The translations under genes and the position numbers were made by a program. Below the pieces are notes generated by a model. The model saw nothing but the letters and a program-made list of their open reading frames with translations, did not search any database and was not told the origin of the DNA. A stretch of DNA of 20,000 nucleotides, taken from contig JABANN010000086.1 in assembly GCA_013115125.1 (NCBI GenBank), positions 57,324 to 77,323 of the forward strand, in the 5' to 3' direction. Of this stretch, positions 1-9,312 are shown piece after piece. The stretch is from Perkinsus olseni (lineage: Eukaryota). Each line of letters opens with the position of its first letter. Positions within the stretch are counted from its first letter, which is position 1.

Positions 1-939
1 GAACACGGTGATTAGACCGCGCTGTAGCAGCTCCCTCTCGAAACAAGATACATCGGTGCTAGTCTAACCAAGCCTGTCCTCCACGTTAGACTTGAGACTC
101 GCACACACGCTGGAGCAGCACCTGTCAATAACTCCAAATCACTTGCCATGTAGTTCCTCGCCTATGACCAAACAGACCGCCTTGCTAAGCTCTCTGACCG
201 TAATCGTCTCGATAGCACCATCCGATGGTGACCATCGTCATACCAAGCAGCTATTGCTCCGGGAGGTGTGAACCCCGATGTTTCAAGCAGACTGAATATG
301 ACCTTCTACGATCCAGACACACACTCAGAGGTAAAGCGGGCTCAGGATCTCCCGCTCGCTGTCACTGGGCGGTGAGCCTCTTCTCCCGACTTGCTCTAGC
401 GAAGAGTGTGGTTCTTGCAGACCGTCATAGGATACGTCGAGCAGGCAGAATCTGAGCCACTCAGGATCACCGACGTGGCACATGTGGAATATTCTACGGG
501 GTGGTGATTCCCAGTAAAACTTCCCTACATCGTCGTTGCCTCAGGGAATGTACCTGGCTCGGATTCACAGTTTTGGCTGATGAAGATTTGCTGAGAAAAT
601 GCGATTTATTGCTAAAACATAGAGTCTCCAAGAAAATCAGAGCGGGGACTCCGCCCTCATTGAGGGTGCAGGGGGCGCGCAGGTTCACGTCAGAAATCCT
701 GCGAGAATGCGAAGAGCTTTTCCATGACGAGAGGAATGCACTCTACGGCTGGAGTAGAGTGATTTTACGGGACACATGGGTGAGGCTACGGTGGTCAGAG
801 GAAACCTTCTTACTTCCCGTTGACTTCTCAGGACGCTGAGTACAAGATCTTCTGGAGCAGGAAAGAAGCCAACCAGCCTTTAAAACTCACAGCACTGAGA
901 GTGCTGCTAGATCCAGAAGGCAGAAGGAGCTGCCTGTAG
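1..939 (+). CDS. Hypothetical protein, 3' part of a multi-exon gene (5' end outside window)
   Basis: Phase-consistent GT-AG introns at 85-153, 200-250, 331-420, 501-544 and 780-831 give an open frame: ...LPLETRYIGASLTKPVLH|FLAYDQTDRLAKLSD|PIAPGGVNPDVSSRLNMTFYDPDTHSE|TVIGYVEQAESEPLRITDVAHVEYSTG|ECTWLGFTVL...VILRDTW|DAEYKIFWSRK...RRSCL*, stop TAG 937-939. No family recognised. Confidence 0.65.
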
Positions 940-1287
940 GCTCGACGTGTTATTATTCGAACCCGATTTAAGTGATAGTGGCAGAAGCCTAATCTTTTAT
1001 GAATACATCGGGAACGAATACTACTAGCGCTAGGGGGCCAGTGGATTGCGTGCCAACAAAATTACCGGAGGATGCAAGTCAAGTTGACTTGATTTGACTC
1101 CGACGCTGGCAAAACCCTGATCTTTCGCGTGTTTCGACCAAAGCTCTGTTCGGCTTGTCTCGGAGCTGTACCATATAGGTGTTTCTGCGCCAGAGGCTCT
1201 CTGGCAGGGCGGATAGGCTATATCCGCTAACATGGATGGCGAAGATAAACCTGGGGTTGACAGCCGCTGTTCATTGAACAGTGCCCA

Positions 1288-1600
1288 CGGTGGACGGTCC
1301 CCACTTCGGGTGACCGAAGCTACTCCCGCTTTCTCATAGTAGGGGATTTGTTACGCACGGGAGCGCTGCTGGGATGCGTGCGGTTTTGGGTGGTATTCTG
1401 TTTTCTTTGTAGTGCAACTAGGTGGCCTAGTCTAGTCAGCGCTTTTGGATTCTCGGTGTTCTTGATAGGTCCGTCAAGCCGAAGTTAGCGTGTACAGGCT
1501 ACACGAGCTGCTCACCCGCAGCGAGGCAGTCGTGCCTCTACCCAATGGTATGTGTCGACTCATATGTCATTCGATTAAATTAGGGCAACTACGTCCACCG
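1288..1600 (+). ncRNA. Candidate structured RNA or fold-back element of unknown class
   Basis: 9-bp terminal inverted repeat CGGTGGACG (1288-1296) / CGTCCACCG (1592-1600) encloses about 8 short hairpins, one with a GNRA (GTGA) loop. No known ncRNA consensus recognised. Confidence 0.35.
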
Positions 1601-2056
1601 GAGTTGTTATTAAAATTGTTATGAAAATGGCGGAGCGAGGAATACTAGTCTTTCCAATTTCACATCAAACTAGCACATTGAGTTCATCCTCAGAGTATAA
1701 ATGGGGCTTATCTAACAGGCAGCTACAGTCTTATAGTGGCTACATCTCACCATCTGGCAGTAACGTCTCCTTTGATACCTGGCCGATGCCGCTTCAAGAA
1801 GTGAAGATGCGGAGCGATGATCCGACAACAATGTTTTCACAACGTACCAGATCCCTCATATTGTACACTGGCTCACGATGGGCTCTATCAAGACCTACAA
1901 GACTCAAAAGCCCAAACCTTAATAAAAGGAATTTCTGGTGGTGGCAAGAAGGATACTCTCATTTCTTGTGAGGCGAGCTTACGATTTCATCCGAATGCGC
2001 CCTCTTTTCCGAGCGAAGTCCCCCTATGTTGTTGCTGTATGTGTCCTCGGCTGTAC

Positions 2057-3200
2057 TCATGAAGATTTGGTGTTGTTCTGCTGTCCAAACGATCTGTTGT
2101 ATTCTACGTAATCCTGCAAGTTCAGTTTTGGCGTAGATATTTGGCTGGGGAGTCTTTTAAAAATCTTGGCGCAACCGTAGAAGAGCAACGTGAGATCACC
2201 CAGTCGCACACCTGTCTCGGTTGTTGTGTGTTGAAACACGTGACCGGGAATGGGCACTTGCCTCCAATGAAGGCCCTCCACAAGGCCTTTTCCACGGCCA
2301 TTTTCCCACCTTCTTTCTTCGAAGTGCCTGGTTAGTGACTGGGTTGGTTCATTTACTAAGCTAAGATATGCCAATAAGAGGGAGCACGCCGTCTCCCGCA
2401 AACACCAAGCTATTGCCGCGCAAGTTCGCTCCCTTTGAATTGAAAAAGGCGTGGCTTACTGTACCCTGTACTGCTCGATGCATGAAGGAATATCTTTAAC
2501 AACCCTCAAGCTGATTATTGGCCATTCCAGGCTGAAAAGATTTCTCGGTTCCTATTGTAACCTTCGATTTTCATTCGGAATCACTCCTACCGTTCACTCC
2601 ACGCATGTAACAGGTACGAGGGTCAGGTCCTAGAGTGAGCAGTGACAGGTAACGAGGAGCATGTCGGCTCGCTCGAACAAGACTACACCCTCTGCCACTG
2701 CATCGATCGAGAGGACCCAGCTTGCAGTGTGATCGCCGCTTGAGACAGTCTCAGGGAGATTACCGTCGTTTTCAGGATATGTCTTACGAATGATCTCGGT
2801 CACACGCTGGTGGAAGGCCCGAGCGCCTTCCTTCGTCACCGCTGCGGTGACACCGCATGCGCTATATCAAGTCCAAATGGAGGAGGAACAACGTAGGACC
2901 GTCCTACGTAGGCGTCGTATTCATTACTCATGCTCTGCTTATTGCGAGCTCGGTAGTCATTGTTTGCACAAGAGTCACCGAGTCAGCGAGGGGTCTTGCA
3001 GCGGGAAGGGTATTGGTGGCAGCGTTCTACCATACGATTTTACTTACATTCCATATATTCAGGCCGAGTCATGGCTCGCATGACCGCACTTAACGATGTA
3101 CAGCGAGGCATCGACAAGGCAGCAGATGATGCCATGATCCGCCTTTTCTTCGAGAGAGGGCGAGGATCTGGCCGTCGAGGATAGGAGACACACGCCCTCT
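2057..3200 (-). CDS. Possible spliced hypothetical gene or pseudogene; boundaries uncertain
   Basis: Protein-like minus-strand segments (RPLSKKRRIMASSAALS...; VTKEGARAFHQRVTEIIRKTYPEND; LRETACSLLLAYL...RHFEERRWENGRGKGLVEGLHWRQ...QNNTKSS*) with GTAAG donors near 3047 and 2459. I could not join them into one clean frame. Confidence 0.3.
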
Positions 3201-3785
3201 AACGGAAGGCTTATGCGCTTGGCTGCAACGAAAACAGTTAGTGCCCTAAGGGTAGGATGCCGGTTATCATTTCAGGCAAGTGGGGATGAAAATGGTTCCT
3301 TCGATTAGAGCTGGGAGTAGCAGGCTGCCATACAGAACAACAGCAGCTCAGTCGGGTGAATCGTCTAATGTTCTAGTTAAGACACCGTAAGATCTTCGGC
3401 TAGTGAGGACTCCGAAGGGTAGCATGCAAGATCCACGCAAGGCCAAAACCATCGGCTCAATGCATGGTTGCCTTTCATTCGTAGTTTGTACTGCATGAAC
3501 CTTGCATGAGCTTGCCTTGAACAATCATCTGTGTTCAGGGCGACGATGTCATCTGTATGACAGCTACGGATGTGCCCCCTCCCTAGCCCGACGACTCACT
3601 AGCCCTCCCGATAAGCGGGACGATAACACAGCGCCAGCAGATCATCAAGGTTAACATCATCAACACAGAACAGCACATCAGATCATCGACATCAACAGCA
3701 GATAGATATGCCAGTTCCCGTCCTTCTTGCTAGAGCTGGGCTGTCTATCTAAAAATTGGCCTTTTCAAGAGAATTCCTAACGAAA

Positions 3786-4961
3786 TTATTTCCTCGTGGA
3801 GGTAGCGGCTTTGCTGTCGGTAGACGCTGCGGACGACCAGCTACCTTCGTTGTGGGAGAAATATAACCGTTTGTTGTTGTTGAGGTCAAACCTAACGTCG
3901 TATGCTCGGAAGAGCGGATGTCCTAGTACAGTTATTCCAACATAATCACGATCGATATCCATTCGGCACCAGTGGGAGTTGCACGAGTGAACATAATGCT
4001 TGGGCTCTATCCTGATATCCATCATTCGAGGCCCGTCACCTATTGTATATCCGAGGGTAGGTAGGTAGGGAACAGCCTCTCTCCTCAAAATGTTAGGCCA
4101 CACACTTTCGATTATGAGTTCACTTTTCCTTGTCATATTCAAGTTTGCCCCATCCTTCTTCATGGCTTCGAAGGTCACCTCGAGGATATTCTCGAAATCC
4201 TTCACGGGTATATAAAGCGATGAGGCTCCCGCGTCCACGAGGGCGGGCTTGCTGTCAGCGTTATCATGGTGGATTCTCAACTTTTCACCATGCGAGTCGA
4301 AGAGGTCGAGCGGCGACAGTGAAGCAGATATCTTCCCATCAGACAGGCGGCTTCTCTTCCTGCTGAAGCCTATGTATGCGACACTGGTGGGGACGGAATC
4401 TTCCAGCGTTAGAATTCCAGTGATACCATCTCCTAACGGACTAGCGTATATCGAGTACGAGAGGGTGTCGATCACTTGCTGCCTCACGAGCTGTTCCAAA
4501 AACGTTTCTGGTATATTGGCACGGCCGATTGAGAGACCAAGTATGGGAATGGGGACTTGCCCATATCCACCGCTGTGACCTACGATCAGTCCAAACTTGA
4601 AATCCTTCACCATCTGGTTCCCGATGCCAAGGGTAACACTGTGCTCCACATAGTTATAAAATTCATCACGACCATAAAGTACCCTCCACTCCCGTCTCAA
4701 AAATATGTCATCACAAGGGTTCTCTCGAGGACAAAAGTAACACCCGAAGATGCTCTGCAGACAGCTACCGAAGCCGTACATCTTCTCGTACCAGGGACCG
4801 TAGAAAGCGAAGCTCCTTGCCCCGCCAGAGCTCAAGCTGAACTTGGTTGCTTGACCGTCGAGGGACAGGCTCACGTATCCACTGGTCAGCGGCAGACTAA
4901 TCGGCTCAGGTGCAGCGAGGGAAACGAGCGCCCCCGCAAGAAGAATTCTTAGTGGGCTCAT
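3786..4961 (-). CDS. Secreted pepsin-like (A1) aspartic protease homologue, intronless, probably non-catalytic
   Basis: Single ORF from ATG 4961 with signal-peptide-like MSPLRILLAGALVSLA. A1 hallmarks: PILGLS, YSIY...GILTL, ALVDAGASSLYIP, IRIEPKHYV, VLGHPLFRAYDVRFDLNNNKRLYFS. The first DTG position reads FSLSSGG. Confidence 0.85.
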   Translation of the reverse strand: MSPLRILLAGALVSLAAPEPISLPLTSGYVSLSLDGQATKFSLSSGGARSFAFYGPWYEKMYGFGSCLQSIFGCYFCPRENPCDDIFLRREWRVLYGRDEFYNYVEHSVTLGIGNQMVKDFKFGLIVGHSGGYGQVPIPILGLSIGRANIPETFLEQLVRQQVIDTLSYSIYASPLGDGITGILTLEDSVPTSVAYIGFSRKRSRLSDGKISASLSPLDLFDSHGEKLRIHHDNADSKPALVDAGASSLYIPVKDFENILEVTFEAMKKDGANLNMTRKSELIIESVWPNILRREAVPYLPTLGYTIGDGPRMMDIRIEPKHYVHSCNSHWCRMDIDRDYVGITVLGHPLFRAYDVRFDLNNNKRLYFSHNEGSWSSAASTDSKAATSTRK

Positions 4962-5989
4962 TGGTGATGAGGGAATCACTTCAACTTAACCAAGAGCCAC
5001 AGGCTGGATCAACGGAAAAGATATTTCGCACGAATTAGGTCCGCTGTCTCGGTGGATCTGCGCTCGCCCACCCGTTGTAGCCTTCTTGGTTGACGGGCTC
5101 AACTCGACGTGTAGATATCCTTATGCGGTAATAAGCAGCAGATGTGCAATTACCGAGGGATCCGATAACAACTACAACGAGTAAACGGTCATAGCTAATA
5201 AAACGGTGACGCTCGAGGAGACGCTTACGTTAACCGTCTCCGAGACAGCACGTGAAGGGCGCACGCCGTGGCGGGCGAGCGACAGGTCTCAACTCGAGTG
5301 ATACGAAGTCAAAAAGGATGATTAGTCGGTACGCCCGTTTGATAGTGGCTCAACTAAGTTTGGACCTGTCTACGAGTCTGGTTGTGGCCCTGAACGCAGA
5401 AGAAATACAGATTGGCCCCTTCGCCACGGAACAACTGTCCCAATCACAGCCCACAAGAACGACTCCGGACACCGACCTCGAACATATTCGCTATCTGCGT
5501 AGCCGTGGAAATCAGTTGAGCTGGCCAGACATTCACTCTCTCTCTTAGGGTTCGAGCTGCCATGCCATCGAGTAACGACTGCAGTGTCAAAGTCACTTTG
5601 CCTTTCCCCTGTCTCAATCTTGCCTCCCGTTCCGAGAGTGGGTGTTGCGCGCAGGTGGACTTCCGTATTGTAGAAGGGTGTACCACTTGCCTTCTGTTCA
5701 CCGGGTCGTGCGGCCGATATCGAATGTTCTACGGGACGTCTATTCGGGCGTATCTCTCGTAACTTTTTGGTAAGAGGCAACTGCCCGCCGAGGTCCAACC
5801 GAGGACCTCGATGCTTGTTATATTACACTCCAGCCTCCCCGGTCTTATCCTACTGAATAGTTCATCCAAAGATCAGGGACGAGACTGATACGGACACTGC
5901 GGATGAACACCTTCCTGCTCAACGACGGCCCGCTCCACTGCGAGTTTGATGCTGCTACAGGGCTTATGGGCACCTACTAATGTCCCCAC

Positions 5990-6034
5990 TTTTCCCGTGA
6001 CTCCTTTTTCCGTGACTCCTTTTTCCGTGACTCT
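5990..6034. repeat. 15-bp tandem repeat, 3 copies (TTTT[T/C]CCGTGACTC[C/T])
   Basis: ttttcccgtgactcc (5990-6004), tttttccgtgactcc (6005-6019), tttttccgtgactct (6020-6034), just downstream of the NTM1 stop. Confidence 0.9.
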
Positions 6035-6090
6035 TTAACACAAGGGAACGAGTTGGAGAAACAGGACTTGTACGTTACTTCAGCGGCTTC

Positions 6091-7324
6091 TTATCGCAAA
6101 CAGTACATCTTCACCGGAAAGAGATCCTGAAAGGATTCGTTCGCTGTTCGTTACATTCCCTCGGCACCCTTCCTACATTGGGCCAGTGAGGTTGAAGCAT
6201 CTCCAACACTAGATGCAGCCCTGCTCGTGCAAACAACGTCTTGTACTGGGAGTCCGTACGAGTGATGGAGTTGTCATCCTTGTCCACCACGAACTTGCCC
6301 TCGATCACAACATTCTCCTTAACGACTATTACGCCGTCCTGAAAGCATATCATGGGTAACAGTGCGGTGCTAACAACAGACGAAACCATTCTTCAGCCCA
6401 GCAGGACGATCGGCAGGGACGACTCCCGCTACTCGATTACGAGATAGAACTACTCTCCCCACCTTCGGTGCCAAAGCAGCCTTGCATCGCTTGAGATAGG
6501 CCACCAGGTCCTCATCAGTCAGGTACCTAAATAATGGCGATATCGCTGAAGTCCGAGGGTCCCTCGTGAATTACAGAAGACACCATTGGTTCCATATCAC
6601 ATCATAACGCCCGAGCTCGGGGTTGAAGTCCTGTACGCCCATCTGCAGGAACCTGTGGGTGGGAGGGTCACCGTACTGATAGAAGGTGAAGGTAAATTAC
6701 CTCTCCACTCGGCAAGGCGCTGTTGAGGCGGGGTTCAGAGTTTTCTGAGCCGATTCGAGTAGATTGGCACAGGGTTCGACGAGGTCTATAGTTTCTGAAA
6801 TCAAGTAAATCAACTCTAGCGACGAAATGCCTTGCTCACGGAAACGCTGCGTCAAGACCTCGCGACTGACTCGACCGATTCCGGCTCCACAATCGGCCAC
6901 AGTACGGAACCTGAGGCGGAACTGTGCGGTAATCTCAGCGCGGCCAAGACCGCATCTATTTACATCGGCGGATTCGGCACCCTCCTCTCGATGGTATCGA
7001 GGAACTTCAAGGAGCCCATCACGTCAGTAGGCGACAAGCCTTCGAATCCTTGAAGGACCTGAGAAGCCACGCTTCGAGTCAACCACAGAGTGCGCTAGCC
7101 CTACGCCGTCGTCTGATGAGGGCTGATTCTGCCAGTACGAGACGGCCTTCCCGTACCACTCGTCCGAACCAGCAGAGAGCTTCTCGCTCCACATATCTGA
7201 GAAACGAGCGGGTCTCTCGGGGCTAGGAAGGTGGCTGGCTACCTTGCAAGCTGGTGAATTTGTGGCCGTCGGTGTCCTGCCCTCCCTCGAGCATCACGTT
7301 GTTGCTGCTCGCGCTGTTACTCAT
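6091..7324 (-). CDS. NTMT1: Alpha-N-terminal protein methyltransferase 1 (NTM1/Tae1 family), multi-exon
   Basis: Spliced translation: MSNSASS...WYGKAVSYWQNQPSSDDGV-LQGF...DVMGSLKFL...VADCGAGIGRVSREVL...IDLVEP...VQDFNPELGRYDVIWNQWCLL-YLTDEDLVAYLKRCKAAL...VIVVKENV...DKDDNSITRT...DLFPVKMYCLR*. All family motifs are in order. ATG 7324, TAA 6091-6093. Confidence 0.95.
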
Positions 7325-7529
7325 TCTTGGACTGCTGGCGAGTATTGATCGGTGAATTCGACGGCTCGGTGTATGAGTGAATGGAAGGAAGAACAAACAA
7401 GTATCTTCCAACTGCCACACGACACCGCTGCCACAACCTGCCCGCCATCCGTCGGGAGAACCAAAGACACATCTCGTACAGAAACATCGCATGCGCACGG
7501 GCATCTGCAGCGAACGCCACCAACAAAGA

Positions 7530-8898
7530 TCACAGCCCACGAGTAGTGGCGCCAGAGGGAGGCGAAATGACGTTCGTCCTCGGCTTGTGACGTGACCTGC
7601 ACGCCATGACTCCTCCCCCACCGATCGCCCTCAGCCTACCGTGTTTTCTGGAGTACCAGTCCGCCCCAAGGGGACACTGGATTCCGTTTAGGTCCCTTGT
7701 GGGAGGTACCACCACCATGAGGATGCTCCACGGGGTTCTTGGCAACGCCGTGGACAGCTGACCGATGATATAGTCCCAGCGGAGAGCACGGATTGCTGGT
7801 GAATATTACAAGGCCTCCATCCAAGCCACCGCTTTACCCGACAGTGGCCCTTAGCGCGCGCCCAGAAGTTCGCGTTGCCGACCTAGCAGGTATAGACCGG
7901 CCGCGACTAAGGGGAATGCGGGACGTACTTGTCCAACAACTGCCCAGCAGTCAAGAGGAAATCTCTTGATTTCGGTAGAGTTGAGCTTGATCGTTGCCCA
8001 CTGGGTGTCCTTCGACATTATCGCCGCAAAGCAACCAGCAGACCGGTTTATCTGTCCGCCCGCACCTGACGCGCTCACCGTGACCGTGCGGCCTGCCGTT
8101 ACCATCCTAACCTGGCCTCGGCTCGAGATTGTGGATGATAGTACCGGCGGGGATGTTCCGCAGAGGCAGACAGTTCCCTGGTGTAATCGGCGCAGTCTCG
8201 CTAGCAACGACCTGCTTAGGGCACGCTAAGACGCGTTATTTCCAAGTGCCTCCTACCCGATCTCCGGGCCGCAACGTCTCCGGTGCCACGATGTAGGACA
8301 GCACTCCATCCGTGTACTGTATGAGAGCTAGAAAGGAAGTTCTGAGCGGAGCGATGCACGGGATAATCGTCCGGCACGAGACCTCCCAGGACAGTATTCT
8401 ATCCGCAAGACAGTGGCGTAGATGTCCTTCCGACCACGCTTGTAGTCAATCAGACGCAGCCGCTGCCGGTGGCCCCCTCCCCGATGAAAGACGCCGATCT
8501 GCCCCGTCATAAGGCGGCCTGAACGAGAACAGATAGCGTGCCATCACTTTGAAGAGAGGGAACGAGTTGACCTCCTCCTCGGAACCGGAATGTGCTCAGC
8601 TGTGGGATGACGCGACCGCGGAAGAGTCTGAGAAGCCGAGATCGGGGAAGCAAGGGGAGCCCACCATGATTTCGCCGTACCTCAGGGGCGCCGTTTCGTT
8701 TACGAGTTTGAGAATCTTCCGCTGTTTCTCCTGGGTGAACGGCGTCACCACGGACGGTTGGGACATATCCTGTGAGATGTGATCGTGGAGATGCGCGAGT
8801 ACGCGTAGAGGGCGCCGCCTCACCGCCTTGGGAGCACCGGTCTCGAAGTTGATAAATGGTATCCTATTCCTCTTTATTATGGGTGAATATCTGCGCAT
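7530..8898 (-). CDS. MRPL2: Bacterial-type (probably mitochondrial) ribosomal protein uL2, multi-exon
   Basis: [28 protein letters not shown]...[55 protein letters not shown]...[32 protein letters not shown]...VSPWG. Basic N-terminal extension from ATG 8898 ([14 protein letters not shown]). Inferred last exon ends TGA at 7530. Confidence 0.9.
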
Positions 8899-8997
8899 AA
8901 CAAGGAAAACGAAAATCACGAAGATAACCCTAGTTCTGATGCGCTGAGAGGGTGAAGGACTGGACACAGTGTTCTTATGGAGATATGCGAAGCAATG

Positions 8998-9014
8998 GCA
9001 GCAGCAGCAGCAGC
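8998..9014. repeat. (GCA)5 microsatellite
   Basis: gcagcagcagcagcagc in the spacer between the glycosyltransferase and uL2 genes. Confidence 0.8.
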
Positions 9015-9312
9015 CTGTACTATCATTGAATGACGACTGCCATCAGTGGTCAAGCAGCAACAAGCTCTGCAATTCTTACTGATGCCCCTGCCGAACCTGC
9101 TGCAGACAGGGGAGAAGGCGGGTGCGCGGCCAGAGCGACCGGACTGCCGGGCTGAATATTAAAGGGGGCCGCATCGAGATAGGATGAAAACAAACTGGCA
9201 GCCTCAACGCTAGGCGGTAAATAAGCCCCATCCGACCTGTGAGTTGCAACCCCGTGCTTAATAGAGGCTAAGGAAAACAGGTTGAGAAATCGTCGTGTTG
9301 GACGACCGTGGT

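Noticed and set aside
225-580. Apparent phytochelatin-synthase-like motifs (FKQT...HWATVIGY...ITDVAHVEYSTGW)
   Set aside because: Needs frameshifts and a read-through stop. A clean spliced model with canonical introns explains the region and removes the His motif.
1286-1603. Transib-like terminus CACGGTGG at 1286
   Set aside because: The right end reads CCACCGGA rather than CCACCGTG and there is no 5-bp TSD.
1621-2062. Overlapping + strand ORFs of 116 and 81 aa
   Set aside because: No recognisable motif and no consistent splice model.
3630-3710. CATCA/CAGCA-rich low-complexity stretch
   Set aside because: No regular period or spacers. Not a CRISPR array or a true tandem repeat.
5252-5980. 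Possible + strand gene (MISRYARL...) and overlapping minus-strand ORFs
   Set aside because: I could not build a phase-consistent exon chain or recognise a family. Left unresolved.
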